Positions 29,879 to 38,048 of a stretch of DNA of 64,000 bases are shown in pieces. Made by a program: the position numbers and the translations under genes. Below the pieces are notes generated by a model. It was given only the letters and a program-made list of their open reading frames with translations, did not search any database and was not told the DNA's origin. How positions within the stretch are numbered: the stretch's first letter is position 1; each line of letters begins with the position of its first letter. The DNA comes from Acidobacteriota bacterium (GTDB lineage: Bacteria; Acidobacteriota; CAIWXX01), in contig JBFMAF010000009.1 in assembly GCA_040755995.1 (NCBI GenBank), positions 13,531 through 77,530 on the forward strand, read 5' to 3'.

Positions 29879-31177
29879 CTAGCCGGCGCCTGCCGCAATC
29901 AGCTTCGCTGCGCCGACCAGGTAGAGTGAGCCGCTGATCATGATCAGGCCGCCGGGTGGCACGGCGATCTGCTGGTAGCGCCATGTGGGTCCCGGACCGA
30001 TGATGCGCGGCAGGTCGGGCTCGATTGAGCAGGGGACGGCCAGGTCTCTCGTGATCTCCTCGATCATCTCTGGCGGCGCGGCCCGCGGGTTCCTTACGGC
30101 CGTGAGCACGACGGCATCGAATGCGGGAAACAGCGCCTCGGCGATCATGCGGATCTTCTTGTCCTTCATGCATCCGAAGACCAGCACCCGCGGGCTCCGA
30201 TCGAGACTCTTAGTGAAGGTTGCAGCTGTGGCGGCTCCCGCCGGGTTGTGGCAGCCATCCAGGTAGATGTCAGGGGCACGCGCAACGAGCTCGAGCCTGC
30301 CGGGCCACGAGCATGACTCGATGCCAGCTCGGACCGTAGACGAATTGATCCCGAACGCCCCCAGCCTCCGGCACGCATCCAACACCAGCGCGGCGTTCGA
30401 GACCTGATGGGCCCCGGCCAGCGGCAGGCCAATCCATGGCGCGCTCGCATCTGCGCGCACGCTGTAGCGGCCGTCTGGTCCGCAGGCACACTCGGGCAAA
30501 GGGGGCGGAAACTCCAGAGGTGCGCCGATCGCGGCGGCCTGCCTCCGCAGCTCCCCGGCGACCTCTGCGCTCTGCTCAGCGCTAATGGCGGGAATGCCGG
30601 CTCGCATGATTCCGGCCTTCTCAGATGCGATCTCGGCGAGCGAGCTGCCCAGATAGTCCTCGTGGTCATGGCTGATGGAGGTGATCACCGAGAGGATTGG
30701 ATCAACTACGTTGGTGGCGTCGAACCGCCCACCCATGCCCACTTCGAGGACGGCAATGTCACAGCGGCTCCTCTTGAAGTACAGGAAGGCGGCTATCGTA
30801 ACAGCCTCGAAGTACGTCGGCTGCCGTTCGATCTCACCAGCCCGCAGCAACGCCTCCGATGCATCTTCGATCTCGTCGAGGAGCGCCGAGAGAGCGGCGT
30901 GATCGATGTCGGAGTTCTTCATTCGAATCCTCTCGGTCACGTCCACGAGATGCGGCGATGTATAGAGTCCCGCATTCAATCCGGTGGAGGTGAGCACGCT
31001 ATGGAGCATAGCCGAGCAGGATCCCTTGCCATTGGTACCGGCGACGAGGACCGCCGGTGTCGTCTGCGGATGGCCGAAGTGCCGGCACAGGCGTCGAGTC
31101 GTCTCCAGACCGGGCCGGATGCCGAATCTGTCGAGCCGGTCCAGGTAGCGCTGAGCGCTCGTCGAGAGGCTGCTGAT
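29879..31177 (-). CDS. folC: folylpolyglutamate synthase/dihydrofolate synthase (probable non-canonical ATC start)
   Basis: In-frame YLDRLDRFGIRPGLE..VAGTNGKGS upstream of the first ATG; YTSPHL, EVGMGGRFDATN, WPGRLE, GSLYLVG. Confidence 0.93.
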   Translation of the reverse strand: MSSLSTSAQRYLDRLDRFGIRPGLETTRRLCRHFGHPQTTPAVLVAGTNGKGSCSAMLHSVLTSTGLNAGLYTSPHLVDVTERIRMKNSDIDHAALSALLDEIEDASEALLRAGEIERQPTYFEAVTIAAFLYFKRSRCDIAVLEVGMGGRFDATNVVDPILSVITSISHDHEDYLGSSLAEIASEKAGIMRAGIPAISAEQSAEVAGELRRQAAAIGAPLEFPPPLPECACGPDGRYSVRADASAPWIGLPLAGAHQVSNAALVLDACRRLGAFGINSSTVRAGIESCSWPGRLELVARAPDIYLDGCHNPAGAATAATFTKSLDRSPRVLVFGCMKDKKIRMIAEALFPAFDAVVLTAVRNPRAAPPEMIEEITRDLAVPCSIEPDLPRIIGPGPTWRYQQIAVPPGGLIMISGSLYLVGAAKLIAAGAG

Positions 31178-31195
31178 CGCCGACCTGCCGGTGCG

Positions 31196-32032
31196 CTAGC
31201 TGAGCCAGCGCAATGTTTCGATGAGGTAGTCGCGCATCTGTGGGCGCGACACGATCGCATCCAGCATGCCGTGCTCCAGCAGAAACTCCGCGCGCTGGAA
31301 CCCTTCCGGCAGCTTCCGTCGTATCGTCTGCTCGATGACGCGCGGCCCCGCGAACCCGATCAGCGCCTTCGGCTCCGCGATGTTCAGATCGCCCAGCATC
31401 GAGAAGCTCGCCGTGACACCACCCGTGGTCGGATCCGTCAGGATCGAGATATACGGGATGCGGGCTTCGTCCAGTCGAGCCAGGCTTGATGATATCTTCG
31501 CAAGCTGCATGAGCGACAGCACACCCTCCATCATCCGCGCCCCGCCGCTCTGCGAGATCAGAATCAGCGGCTTCTTCTCTGCGAGCGACAACTCGATCGC
31601 ACGCGTCACCTTCTCCCCGACAACCGACCCCATGCTCCCGCCGATGAAATCGTACTCCATGCACCCGACGATGACCGGGATCTGCCCGATCGAACCGCGA
31701 GCGGTGACGAACGCCTCGAGATGTCCGGTGGCCTCGAACGCGGCCTTCAGCCGGGCCTTGTAGGGTTTCAAGTCGACGAAGTCCAGAGGGTCGGCCGGCG
31801 CGATGTTCGCATCCACCTCCTCATACTTCGCCCCGTCCAGGAGAAGCATCAAGCGTTCCTTCGCGTCGATGCGGAAGTGGTACTGGCACTTGGGGCAGAC
31901 GTTCAGGTTCCGCTCCATGTCCTTCTTGAAGATCACCTCCCGGCAATTGTTGCAGCGTACCCATAGCCCTTCGGGCACCCGCTTCTCACGCGCAGAGTCA
32001 GCCGGTATGCGCGGCCGCTTGTCCTGGTCCAT
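31196..32032 (-). CDS. accD: acetyl-CoA carboxylase carboxyltransferase beta subunit
   Basis: PEGLWVRCNNC..CPKC zinc finger, GGSMGSVVGEK, SGGARMMEG, PTTGGVTAS, GFAGPRVI. Confidence 0.97.
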   Translation of the reverse strand: MDQDKRPRIPADSAREKRVPEGLWVRCNNCREVIFKKDMERNLNVCPKCQYHFRIDAKERLMLLLDGAKYEEVDANIAPADPLDFVDLKPYKARLKAAFEATGHLEAFVTARGSIGQIPVIVGCMEYDFIGGSMGSVVGEKVTRAIELSLAEKKPLILISQSGGARMMEGVLSLMQLAKISSSLARLDEARIPYISILTDPTTGGVTASFSMLGDLNIAEPKALIGFAGPRVIEQTIRRKLPEGFQRAEFLLEHGMLDAIVSRPQMRDYLIETLRWLS

Positions 32033-32071
32033 CGGTTTCCTTTCGCAATGCTCACAATTACCATAGCCAGG

Positions 32072-32147
32072 GCAAAATGCAAAATGAAAAAGGCAAAGTG
32101 CAAAGTGCGGAGAGACCCGCGCCGGTGCAGAATGCAGAAGGCAGAAC
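32072..32147 (+). repeat. heptamer tandem repeats in divergent intergenic region
   Basis: gcaaaat-gcaaaat-gaaaaag-gcaaagt-gcaaagt and gcagaat-gcagaag-gcagaac. Confidence 0.75.
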
Positions 32148-32262
32148 GACAGAGGCGGCGAGCCGCCGAGTGGAGCGATTCGGCTGCTCCATGGTACCAT
32201 GCCCTGTCGACGCGATGGGCAGGAGGCCGTCTTCGCGCGCCGTCGCGCGTGGTATAGCGATC

Positions 32263-33198
32263 TTGAGCCACAAAGAGGAGCTGCTTGCAGTGCGCGACCT
32301 CACGGTCTCCGTGCGGACACCCCGCGGCATCGCGAGGCCGATTCGAGGCGTCAACCTGGAGATTCATGTGGGCGAGGCGGTAGGCCTCGTCGGTGAGAGC
32401 GGATGCGGAAAGTCCACACTCGCAGCCGCAGCCGTGCGGCTGCTGCCGTCGGAGTGGGCGATCGGAGGCGAGATCCGGTGGCGCGGGACGAATGTAATGG
32501 AGTTGGAGGCGGAAGAGTTACGCCGCATCCGCGGCGGCGACATCGGGATGGTCTTCCAGGACCCGCTCGGCGCGCTGGATCCGCTCATGAAGGTCGGCGC
32601 CCAGATCTCGGAAGCGCTTCGAGCTCACGCGGTCGATGATCACGGACGCAGACGGACCAGGGAGCTGCTCAGCATGGTCTCGCTCGGTGAGGGCGTCGAA
32701 TCGTTGTACCCGCATCAGCTGAGCGGGGGGATGCGGCAGCGGGTCATGATCGCGATCGCTCTTGCCGCCGGGCCGTCGCTGCTGTTGGCCGACGAGCCCG
32801 TTTCGGCGCTTGACGCTCCACTTCAGTCTCAGCTTGTGGATCTCCTCGCCGATCTCCAACGAAGGCTCTCGCTCTCACTCCTCCTCATCTCCCACGACCT
32901 CGCACTCGTCGGCCGCGCGTGCTCCCGGATCGTGGTCATGTACGCCGGACAGGTCGTCGAGGTGGGTCCGAGCGAGAAGCTTCTGGCTGCGCCTCTGCAC
33001 CCATATACTTCCATGCTTCTGCGGGCCGGCTGCATGGAGGGGCCGGCCGGTCGCGAATCTCCGCACCACCTCGTCGATGAAGAGGAACTTTGCGCGTTCC
33101 ATCCGAGGTGTACGAGCCCGCTACCCTGCTGTGTGGACCAGTCTCCCCGCCTCGTGGAATCCGACGGAAGACTCTGCCGCTGTCATCTCAATGCTTGA
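32263..33198 (+). CDS. oligopeptide/dipeptide ABC transporter ATP-binding protein (OppD/DppD-like)
   Basis: GESGCGKS, MVFQDP, LSGGMRQR, LLADEP, HPYT, CAFHPRC; start uncertain. Confidence 0.9.
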   Translation: MSHKEELLAVRDLTVSVRTPRGIARPIRGVNLEIHVGEAVGLVGESGCGKSTLAAAAVRLLPSEWAIGGEIRWRGTNVMELEAEELRRIRGGDIGMVFQDPLGALDPLMKVGAQISEALRAHAVDDHGRRRTRELLSMVSLGEGVESLYPHQLSGGMRQRVMIAIALAAGPSLLLADEPVSALDAPLQSQLVDLLADLQRRLSLSLLLISHDLALVGRACSRIVVMYAGQVVEVGPSEKLLAAPLHPYTSMLLRAGCMEGPAGRESPHHLVDEEELCAFHPRCTSPLPCCVDQSPRLVESDGRLCRCHLNA

Positions 33199-34012
33199 GA
33201 AGCCGCTCGTCGTTGCCACGGCGCTGGCCAAGACATTCCGCCGCGGGCGCGGGTTGGGCGCAGGCGTTCCAGCCGTGGACGGTGTGGACATCCAGATCGG
33301 CGCGGGAGAAATCGTCGCCCTGGTGGGGGAATCGGGAAGCGGCAAATCGACGCTCGGACGCCTCCTACTGCGGCTCCTGGAGCCGACTCGCGGCCAGGTC
33401 TTCTTCGACGGAATCGACCTGGCAGGCCTGTCCGACCGCGCGATGCGCCAGTTGCGCCGCCGAATGCAGATCATCTTCCAGGACGCTTCGTCGTCCCTGG
33501 ATCCCCTCTGGAGAGTGCGAGACCAGGTGGCCGAACCGCTCAGGATCCATCACTCTGAGCTGGGCGCGGGGGAAATCGAGAGGCGGGTCACGGCGCTAAT
33601 GGATGAAGTCCGTCTCGGTGCGAACCTTATGCCCTGCTACCCGCACGAGCTCTCGGGCGGGCAGCGGCAGCGAGTCGTGATCGCTCGGGCGCTCGCGCTG
33701 TCCCCCGAGTTCCTCGTGGCCGACGAACCCGTATCCGCGCTTGACGCCAGCGTCAGGCAGCAGGTGATCGAGCTGCTGCTGGAGCTGCAGGCGAGGCGCC
33801 GTCTCGCAATGCTTTTCATCACGCACGACTTGCGCGTCGCACGACGCGTCAGCCAGCGCACCCTCGTGATGTACGGCGGGAGGATCGTGGAGGCTGGATC
33901 GTCCGAATCGCTCTTCGCGACGCCTGCGCACCCGTACACGCGCTACCTGCTGGGGGCCGCGGCGGAGACACGGAGAGACGGCGAGGGGACTCGCGTGGGA
34001 AAGCCGGTCTGA
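33191..34012 (+). CDS. oligopeptide/dipeptide ABC transporter ATP-binding protein (OppF/DppF-like)
   Basis: GESGSGKS, MQIIFQD, LSGGQRQR, VADEPVSALD, HPYT. Confidence 0.9.
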   Translation: MLEKPLVVATALAKTFRRGRGLGAGVPAVDGVDIQIGAGEIVALVGESGSGKSTLGRLLLRLLEPTRGQVFFDGIDLAGLSDRAMRQLRRRMQIIFQDASSSLDPLWRVRDQVAEPLRIHHSELGAGEIERRVTALMDEVRLGANLMPCYPHELSGGQRQRVVIARALALSPEFLVADEPVSALDASVRQQVIELLLELQARRRLAMLFITHDLRVARRVSQRTLVMYGGRIVEAGSSESLFATPAHPYTRYLLGAAAETRRDGEGTRVGKPV

Positions 34013-34026
34013 AACATGAGGCGTCT

Positions 34027-34914
34027 ATGAAGATCGCTGCGGTCATCGTCAACTACAACGCGAAGGCGTTCATCCAGGACTGCGTGGCCTCGATCCAGAA
34101 GCAGACGCGGCCGCTCGACAGGATCATCGTCGTCGACAACGCGAGCACCGACGGGTCGCTCGATGCGTTGCGCGCTGTTGCCGGGATAGAGCTGATCCTG
34201 AACACCACGAACATCGGATTCGCCCCCGCGAACAATCAAGCCGTAGACCTTGTGAGGGATTCGCACGTTCTTTGCTGCAATGCCGACCTCGTGCTGGAAC
34301 CGACCTTCCTCGAGAGATGCCTTAGGGCCATTGACGGAGACCAGGCTACCGGCATGATCACGGGGAAGATCCTGCGCTTCGACCGGCGCACGATCGACTC
34401 GACCGGGCAGTTCCTGTCTGCCTCGCGCTGGCCGAAGGAACGCGGCTACGGGGAGATCAATCGCGGGCAGTACGATCGCGATGGGCCGGTGTTCTCGGTG
34501 TGCGCCGCCTGCGCGTTGTACAGACGCGAGATGATCGATCAGATCAGCGACGAGCGGGGGTTCTTCGACCGGCGCTACTTCGCGTTCTACGAGGACCTGG
34601 ACGTCGGCTGGAGGGCGCAGAGGGCCGGGTGGGGAGGCGCCTACGTGCACGACGCCGTAGCGTACCACTTCCGGGGAGGCGTTTCAGGAGCCGGCCGGTT
34701 CTCATTCACACGGAAGAGCCCGGAAATACGCTTCCATGTGCTCAAGAACCGCTACCTGACCATTTCGAAGAACGACCGGCCGCTTTCGTTCATCCTGCAC
34801 CTCCCGGCGATCATCGCCAGGGACGCCGTCCTGCTCGGGTACACCGCGCTCACAACCCCTGCGGTTCTCTGGCGCCTGGCGCGCTACTTCGGCGGCGGCC
34901 AGCACAGAACCTAG
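34027..34914 (+). CDS. glycosyltransferase family 2
   Basis: VIVNYN, VVDNASTDGS, NIGFAPANN, NAD, FYEDLD. Confidence 0.92.
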   Translation: MKIAAVIVNYNAKAFIQDCVASIQKQTRPLDRIIVVDNASTDGSLDALRAVAGIELILNTTNIGFAPANNQAVDLVRDSHVLCCNADLVLEPTFLERCLRAIDGDQATGMITGKILRFDRRTIDSTGQFLSASRWPKERGYGEINRGQYDRDGPVFSVCAACALYRREMIDQISDERGFFDRRYFAFYEDLDVGWRAQRAGWGGAYVHDAVAYHFRGGVSGAGRFSFTRKSPEIRFHVLKNRYLTISKNDRPLSFILHLPAIIARDAVLLGYTALTTPAVLWRLARYFGGGQHRT

Positions 34915-35006
34915 CCGGCGTGAGCGCAGGATGCTGCGCATCAGTTGGCGACAGACGCGGTGACACGGAGACGCGGTGCGCAACGTACGTGCCTGCGCCG
35001 CACCCC

Positions 35007-35050
35007 TTGACAAAACGTCGGACCCGGCCTATATTAGTTGCATGGTGCAA
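35007..35050 (+). promoter_or_regulatory. sigma70 promoter with overlapping palindromic operator (probably leaderless marR transcript)
   Basis: TTGACA (35007-12), 17 nt, TATATT (35030-35); TTGCA-tgg-TGCAA at 35038-35050 spans the ATG at 35042. Confidence 0.7.
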
Positions 35051-35533
35051 GGATTGAACGCATCGAGGCTCTACCGGGCCCTGACCGATTTCGCGAGGCG
35101 GTATCAGTTCCGGAATCGCGACGAGGTATGCTGCTACGGGCTGACCATCTCGCAGTGCTATGCTCTGGAGCTGCTCGCCTGGGAGGGGGTCCTGGCGTCC
35201 TCGGCTCTGGCCTCGAGGTTGGGGCTGGATATCTCGTCGACGACACGACTCGTGGACCAGCTCGTACGCAAGAAGCTCGCCGTCCGGCGTCGAATGGCGC
35301 GCGATGCGCGGGTCAGAGAGATCGAGATCACCGATCCGGGACGGCGCCTGGTCGCACGCATCGAGGAGGACTTTTCCACAATGCTGGCAGACGCCCTCAG
35401 GGATATGCCGCCCGCAGTCCTGAAAGCGCTGCCGGAGATCATCCGTCGTCTGACGGCGACGCTCGGCGGGAGCGATGCGGAGGCCTGCCGGTGCGGTCCC
35501 GCTTCCGCACAGGCAGAAGATGGGCGGGCGTAA
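35042..35533 (+). CDS. MarR family regulator, Cys-rich
   Basis: RDEVCCYGLTISQCYAL..LDISSTTRLVDQLV..DARV..ITDPG; C-terminal CRC. Confidence 0.88.
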   Translation: MVQGLNASRLYRALTDFARRYQFRNRDEVCCYGLTISQCYALELLAWEGVLASSALASRLGLDISSTTRLVDQLVRKKLAVRRRMARDARVREIEITDPGRRLVARIEEDFSTMLADALRDMPPAVLKALPEIIRRLTATLGGSDAEACRCGPASAQAEDGRA

Positions 35534-35548
35534 GACTGACATTTGTTT

Positions 35549-35572
35549 TGCGATAATGATTGCACGGTACAA
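35549..35572 (+). promoter_or_regulatory. extended -10 plus second copy of the operator upstream of arsM
   Basis: TG-c-GATAAT (35549-57) followed after 2 nt by TTGCA-cgg-TACAA (35560-72). Confidence 0.6.
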
Positions 35573-35587
35573 CAATAGGAGGAAACC

Positions 35588-36427
35588 ATGGCAACGACCG
35601 AGGAACGAATCAAGCAGAACGTGCGGGAGCACTACACGAAGGCAGTGACGCGCGGGAGTTGCTGCGCAAGCACCCCGGCTCAATCGAGCTGCTGCGTCCC
35701 CGCTGACCAGGTCGGGTTCCATGCCGGCTACGGGGAGGAGGTCAAGACACTCCCGCAGGATGCCGTCATCAACAGCTTCGGCTGTGGAAACCCTCTGGCC
35801 TTCGCCGGTGTGGAGCCCGGGCATGTCGTGGTCGATATCGGGAGCGGCGCGGGGATCGACTGCTTGCTGGCGGCCCAGAAAGTGGGCCCGGCCGGGCGGG
35901 TCATCGGCATCGACATGACGCCGATGATGATCCAGAAGGCTCGGGAGAACGCCAGGCGCGCGGGCGCGGCCAACATCGAGTTCCGCCTGGGCGACGCCGA
36001 GTCGATGCCTGTGGAAGACGGCGTTGCCGACTGGATCATCTCGAACTGCGTCATCAACCTCTCACCCGACAAGCCGCGCGTATTCCGCGAAGCCTATCGA
36101 GTGCTGCGGCCCGGCGGCCGCCTTTCGATCTCGGACATAATGGTCGAGGAGCTCCCCGACACCTTGAGACAGTCGGCCGCGCTCTATTCATCCTGCGTCG
36201 CCGGTGCGATCCCTGAGGCGCAGTACCTGGATGGGATCCGCCAGGCGGGATTCAGCGACGTGAAGGTGACCGAGCGTGTCATGTACGATCGAGACCAGAT
36301 GCTGGCTCTCTTGGAGGACACTGATCTGACCAGGCGCATCGGCGGGCTGGCCGAATCGCCGGAGGCCCTGGTGGATCGATACCTGGTGGGCAAGATCTGG
36401 AGCGCCAAGGTGACGGCCCGGAAGTAG
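35588..36427 (+). CDS. arsM: arsenite S-adenosylmethionine methyltransferase
   Basis: N-terminal CC pairs, SFGCGNP, DIGSGAGID, IISNCVINLSPDK, SCVAGA. Confidence 0.92.
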   Translation: MATTEERIKQNVREHYTKAVTRGSCCASTPAQSSCCVPADQVGFHAGYGEEVKTLPQDAVINSFGCGNPLAFAGVEPGHVVVDIGSGAGIDCLLAAQKVGPAGRVIGIDMTPMMIQKARENARRAGAANIEFRLGDAESMPVEDGVADWIISNCVINLSPDKPRVFREAYRVLRPGGRLSISDIMVEELPDTLRQSAALYSSCVAGAIPEAQYLDGIRQAGFSDVKVTERVMYDRDQMLALLEDTDLTRRIGGLAESPEALVDRYLVGKIWSAKVTARK

Positions 36428-36572
36428 CAGGGGACGCTCTGGCGGCAGAAGGCTTCGTGGGGAGAGGCAGTGGCGCGGAGAACCGGCGAACCGGGGAAAC
36501 GGAGACGGGGGGAGGGCGGGTCGCGCTCACACCGCGCGCCCTGCCGGCCGAATAGAGCCAGAGGAAGAGGCA

Positions 36573-37040
36573 ATGGAGGATGTGGAATTCACGCGGGCGG
36601 TGCCGGGCGATCTGGCGGAGATTCGGGCGCTTCTGGTGTCTGCAGAACTGCCGGCCGCCGACATCGAGCCGCATATCAGCAACTTCATCGTGGCAAGGGC
36701 TGGGCAGGAGCTGATCGGGTCCATCGGCATCGAGGTGGCAGGCGATGCCGGGCTGCTCCGATCGCTTGCCGTTCGGCCGCCGTACCGCGGTCGCGGTATC
36801 GCTGAGACACTATGCAGCCGTCTCGAGGGCTACGCGCGGGCGCTCGGCGTACGCCGGCTCTACTTGCTCACCACCACCGCCGAGGGCTATTTCCGCAAGC
36901 GAGGGTATCAGCGCGTCCCGCGATCCGAAGCACCGGCAGGAGTGCAGTCCACCCACGAATTCCGATCGGCCTGCCCGTCGACTGCCGCGTGCATGCGGAA
37001 GGATCTTGTCGAGGCCGGGGCAGAAGCGGCGCGCACATAG
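36573..37040 (+). CDS. arsN2: GNAT acetyltransferase, ArsN2-like
   Basis: LLRSLAV..RGRGIA..YLLTTTAEGYF..EFRSACPSTAACM; directly after arsM. Confidence 0.8.
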   Translation: MEDVEFTRAVPGDLAEIRALLVSAELPAADIEPHISNFIVARAGQELIGSIGIEVAGDAGLLRSLAVRPPYRGRGIAETLCSRLEGYARALGVRRLYLLTTTAEGYFRKRGYQRVPRSEAPAGVQSTHEFRSACPSTAACMRKDLVEAGAEAART

Positions 37041-37080
37041 CAAGCACGGAAACACCGCCGTCGTCTACGCCGAAGCGTTC

Positions 37081-37515
37081 TCAATTTCCAGGGAGGACGA
37101 CTTCACGGATGACCGGAGCGCCGCGCCAGAGCCACATCATCGGCCGAATGGCGGTGACACGGATGACTGCGCCCCTGCGTAGGTTCGACGGTAGCGTGAC
37201 TTCGTAGTGACGGTGCATTGGCAGAGGGTTGATCGAAGCCCATGGGTTGGACGGAACCGTATCCCGCCAGAACTGCGATCGACGGCCCCCCTCCACGATC
37301 TCCATCACCATCTCCGTCTGCCCGCGGCCCGGTGTTGTGACGTCGATATCCACCACCGGGGGGGTGCCGGGACAGAGCCTAAGTGTGACTTTCGGGGGCA
37401 GGGCCGCGCGAATTCCAGACAGAACGGCGAAGGGGACGTTCAGGAGCACGAACGCCAACAGAATTGCGCGGAGGATTCGATGGAACCGGGGCGGGCTTGG
37501 TTGCTCAACAAACAC
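37081..37515 (-). CDS. hypothetical protein with N-terminal membrane segment
   Basis: 144-aa ORF, GGAG RBS, ILRAILLAFVLLNVPFAVLS. Confidence 0.45.
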   Translation of the reverse strand: MFVEQPSPPRFHRILRAILLAFVLLNVPFAVLSGIRAALPPKVTLRLCPGTPPVVDIDVTTPGRGQTEMVMEIVEGGRRSQFWRDTVPSNPWASINPLPMHRHYEVTLPSNLRRGAVIRVTAIRPMMWLWRGAPVIREVVLPGN

Positions 37516-38048
37516 GATAGCGAACTCCAGCGTGTCCCGCTAACTACACCCGGCCGCCACAGCGACAAGTCTATCACCTGATGCTGCCACACTCCACGGG
37601 ACAGCGACCGCTCGTGCGCTCGCCCGCCTGTGCCTTCGCTTCGGAGGCGAACCGAGGGCGCGGCCGGCCGCTTCGGGGAAAATTGTCGTCAGTGGGTACG
37701 ATAGGCCTCACGAGCTGCGAACGCTCGTACACGCCTCTGGCTCATTGGCCTGAGCGGGTTTGAAGGTTCTGCGCCTCCGTACTGCCGCAGAGATGGTGTA
37801 CAGGTGGGCCCACGTGCTTATCACCCCACAGCCACGAGTCCCAGACAGACAGCCCGAATGAGGCGCCGCGGGAATTGGCACACATTGTGCAATTCCTACG
37901 GACATGGGAGCAGGCTCGGCGTCATGCACGGAGGAGGGAACATGACAACCCCGGATATGCCCAACGGGCGGACGCATACCCGGTGCATGACCCGGCTGCC
38001 CTCGGTGAGGGAAGTTCTCTTCTCGGCAACTCGAAAGGAGTCATCAAC

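Noticed and set aside
32263..34012. Orphan peptide ABC ATPases as RiPP immunity/uptake genes
   Set aside because: Ordinary OppD/OppF-like pair not linked to the cluster; permeases are probably encoded elsewhere
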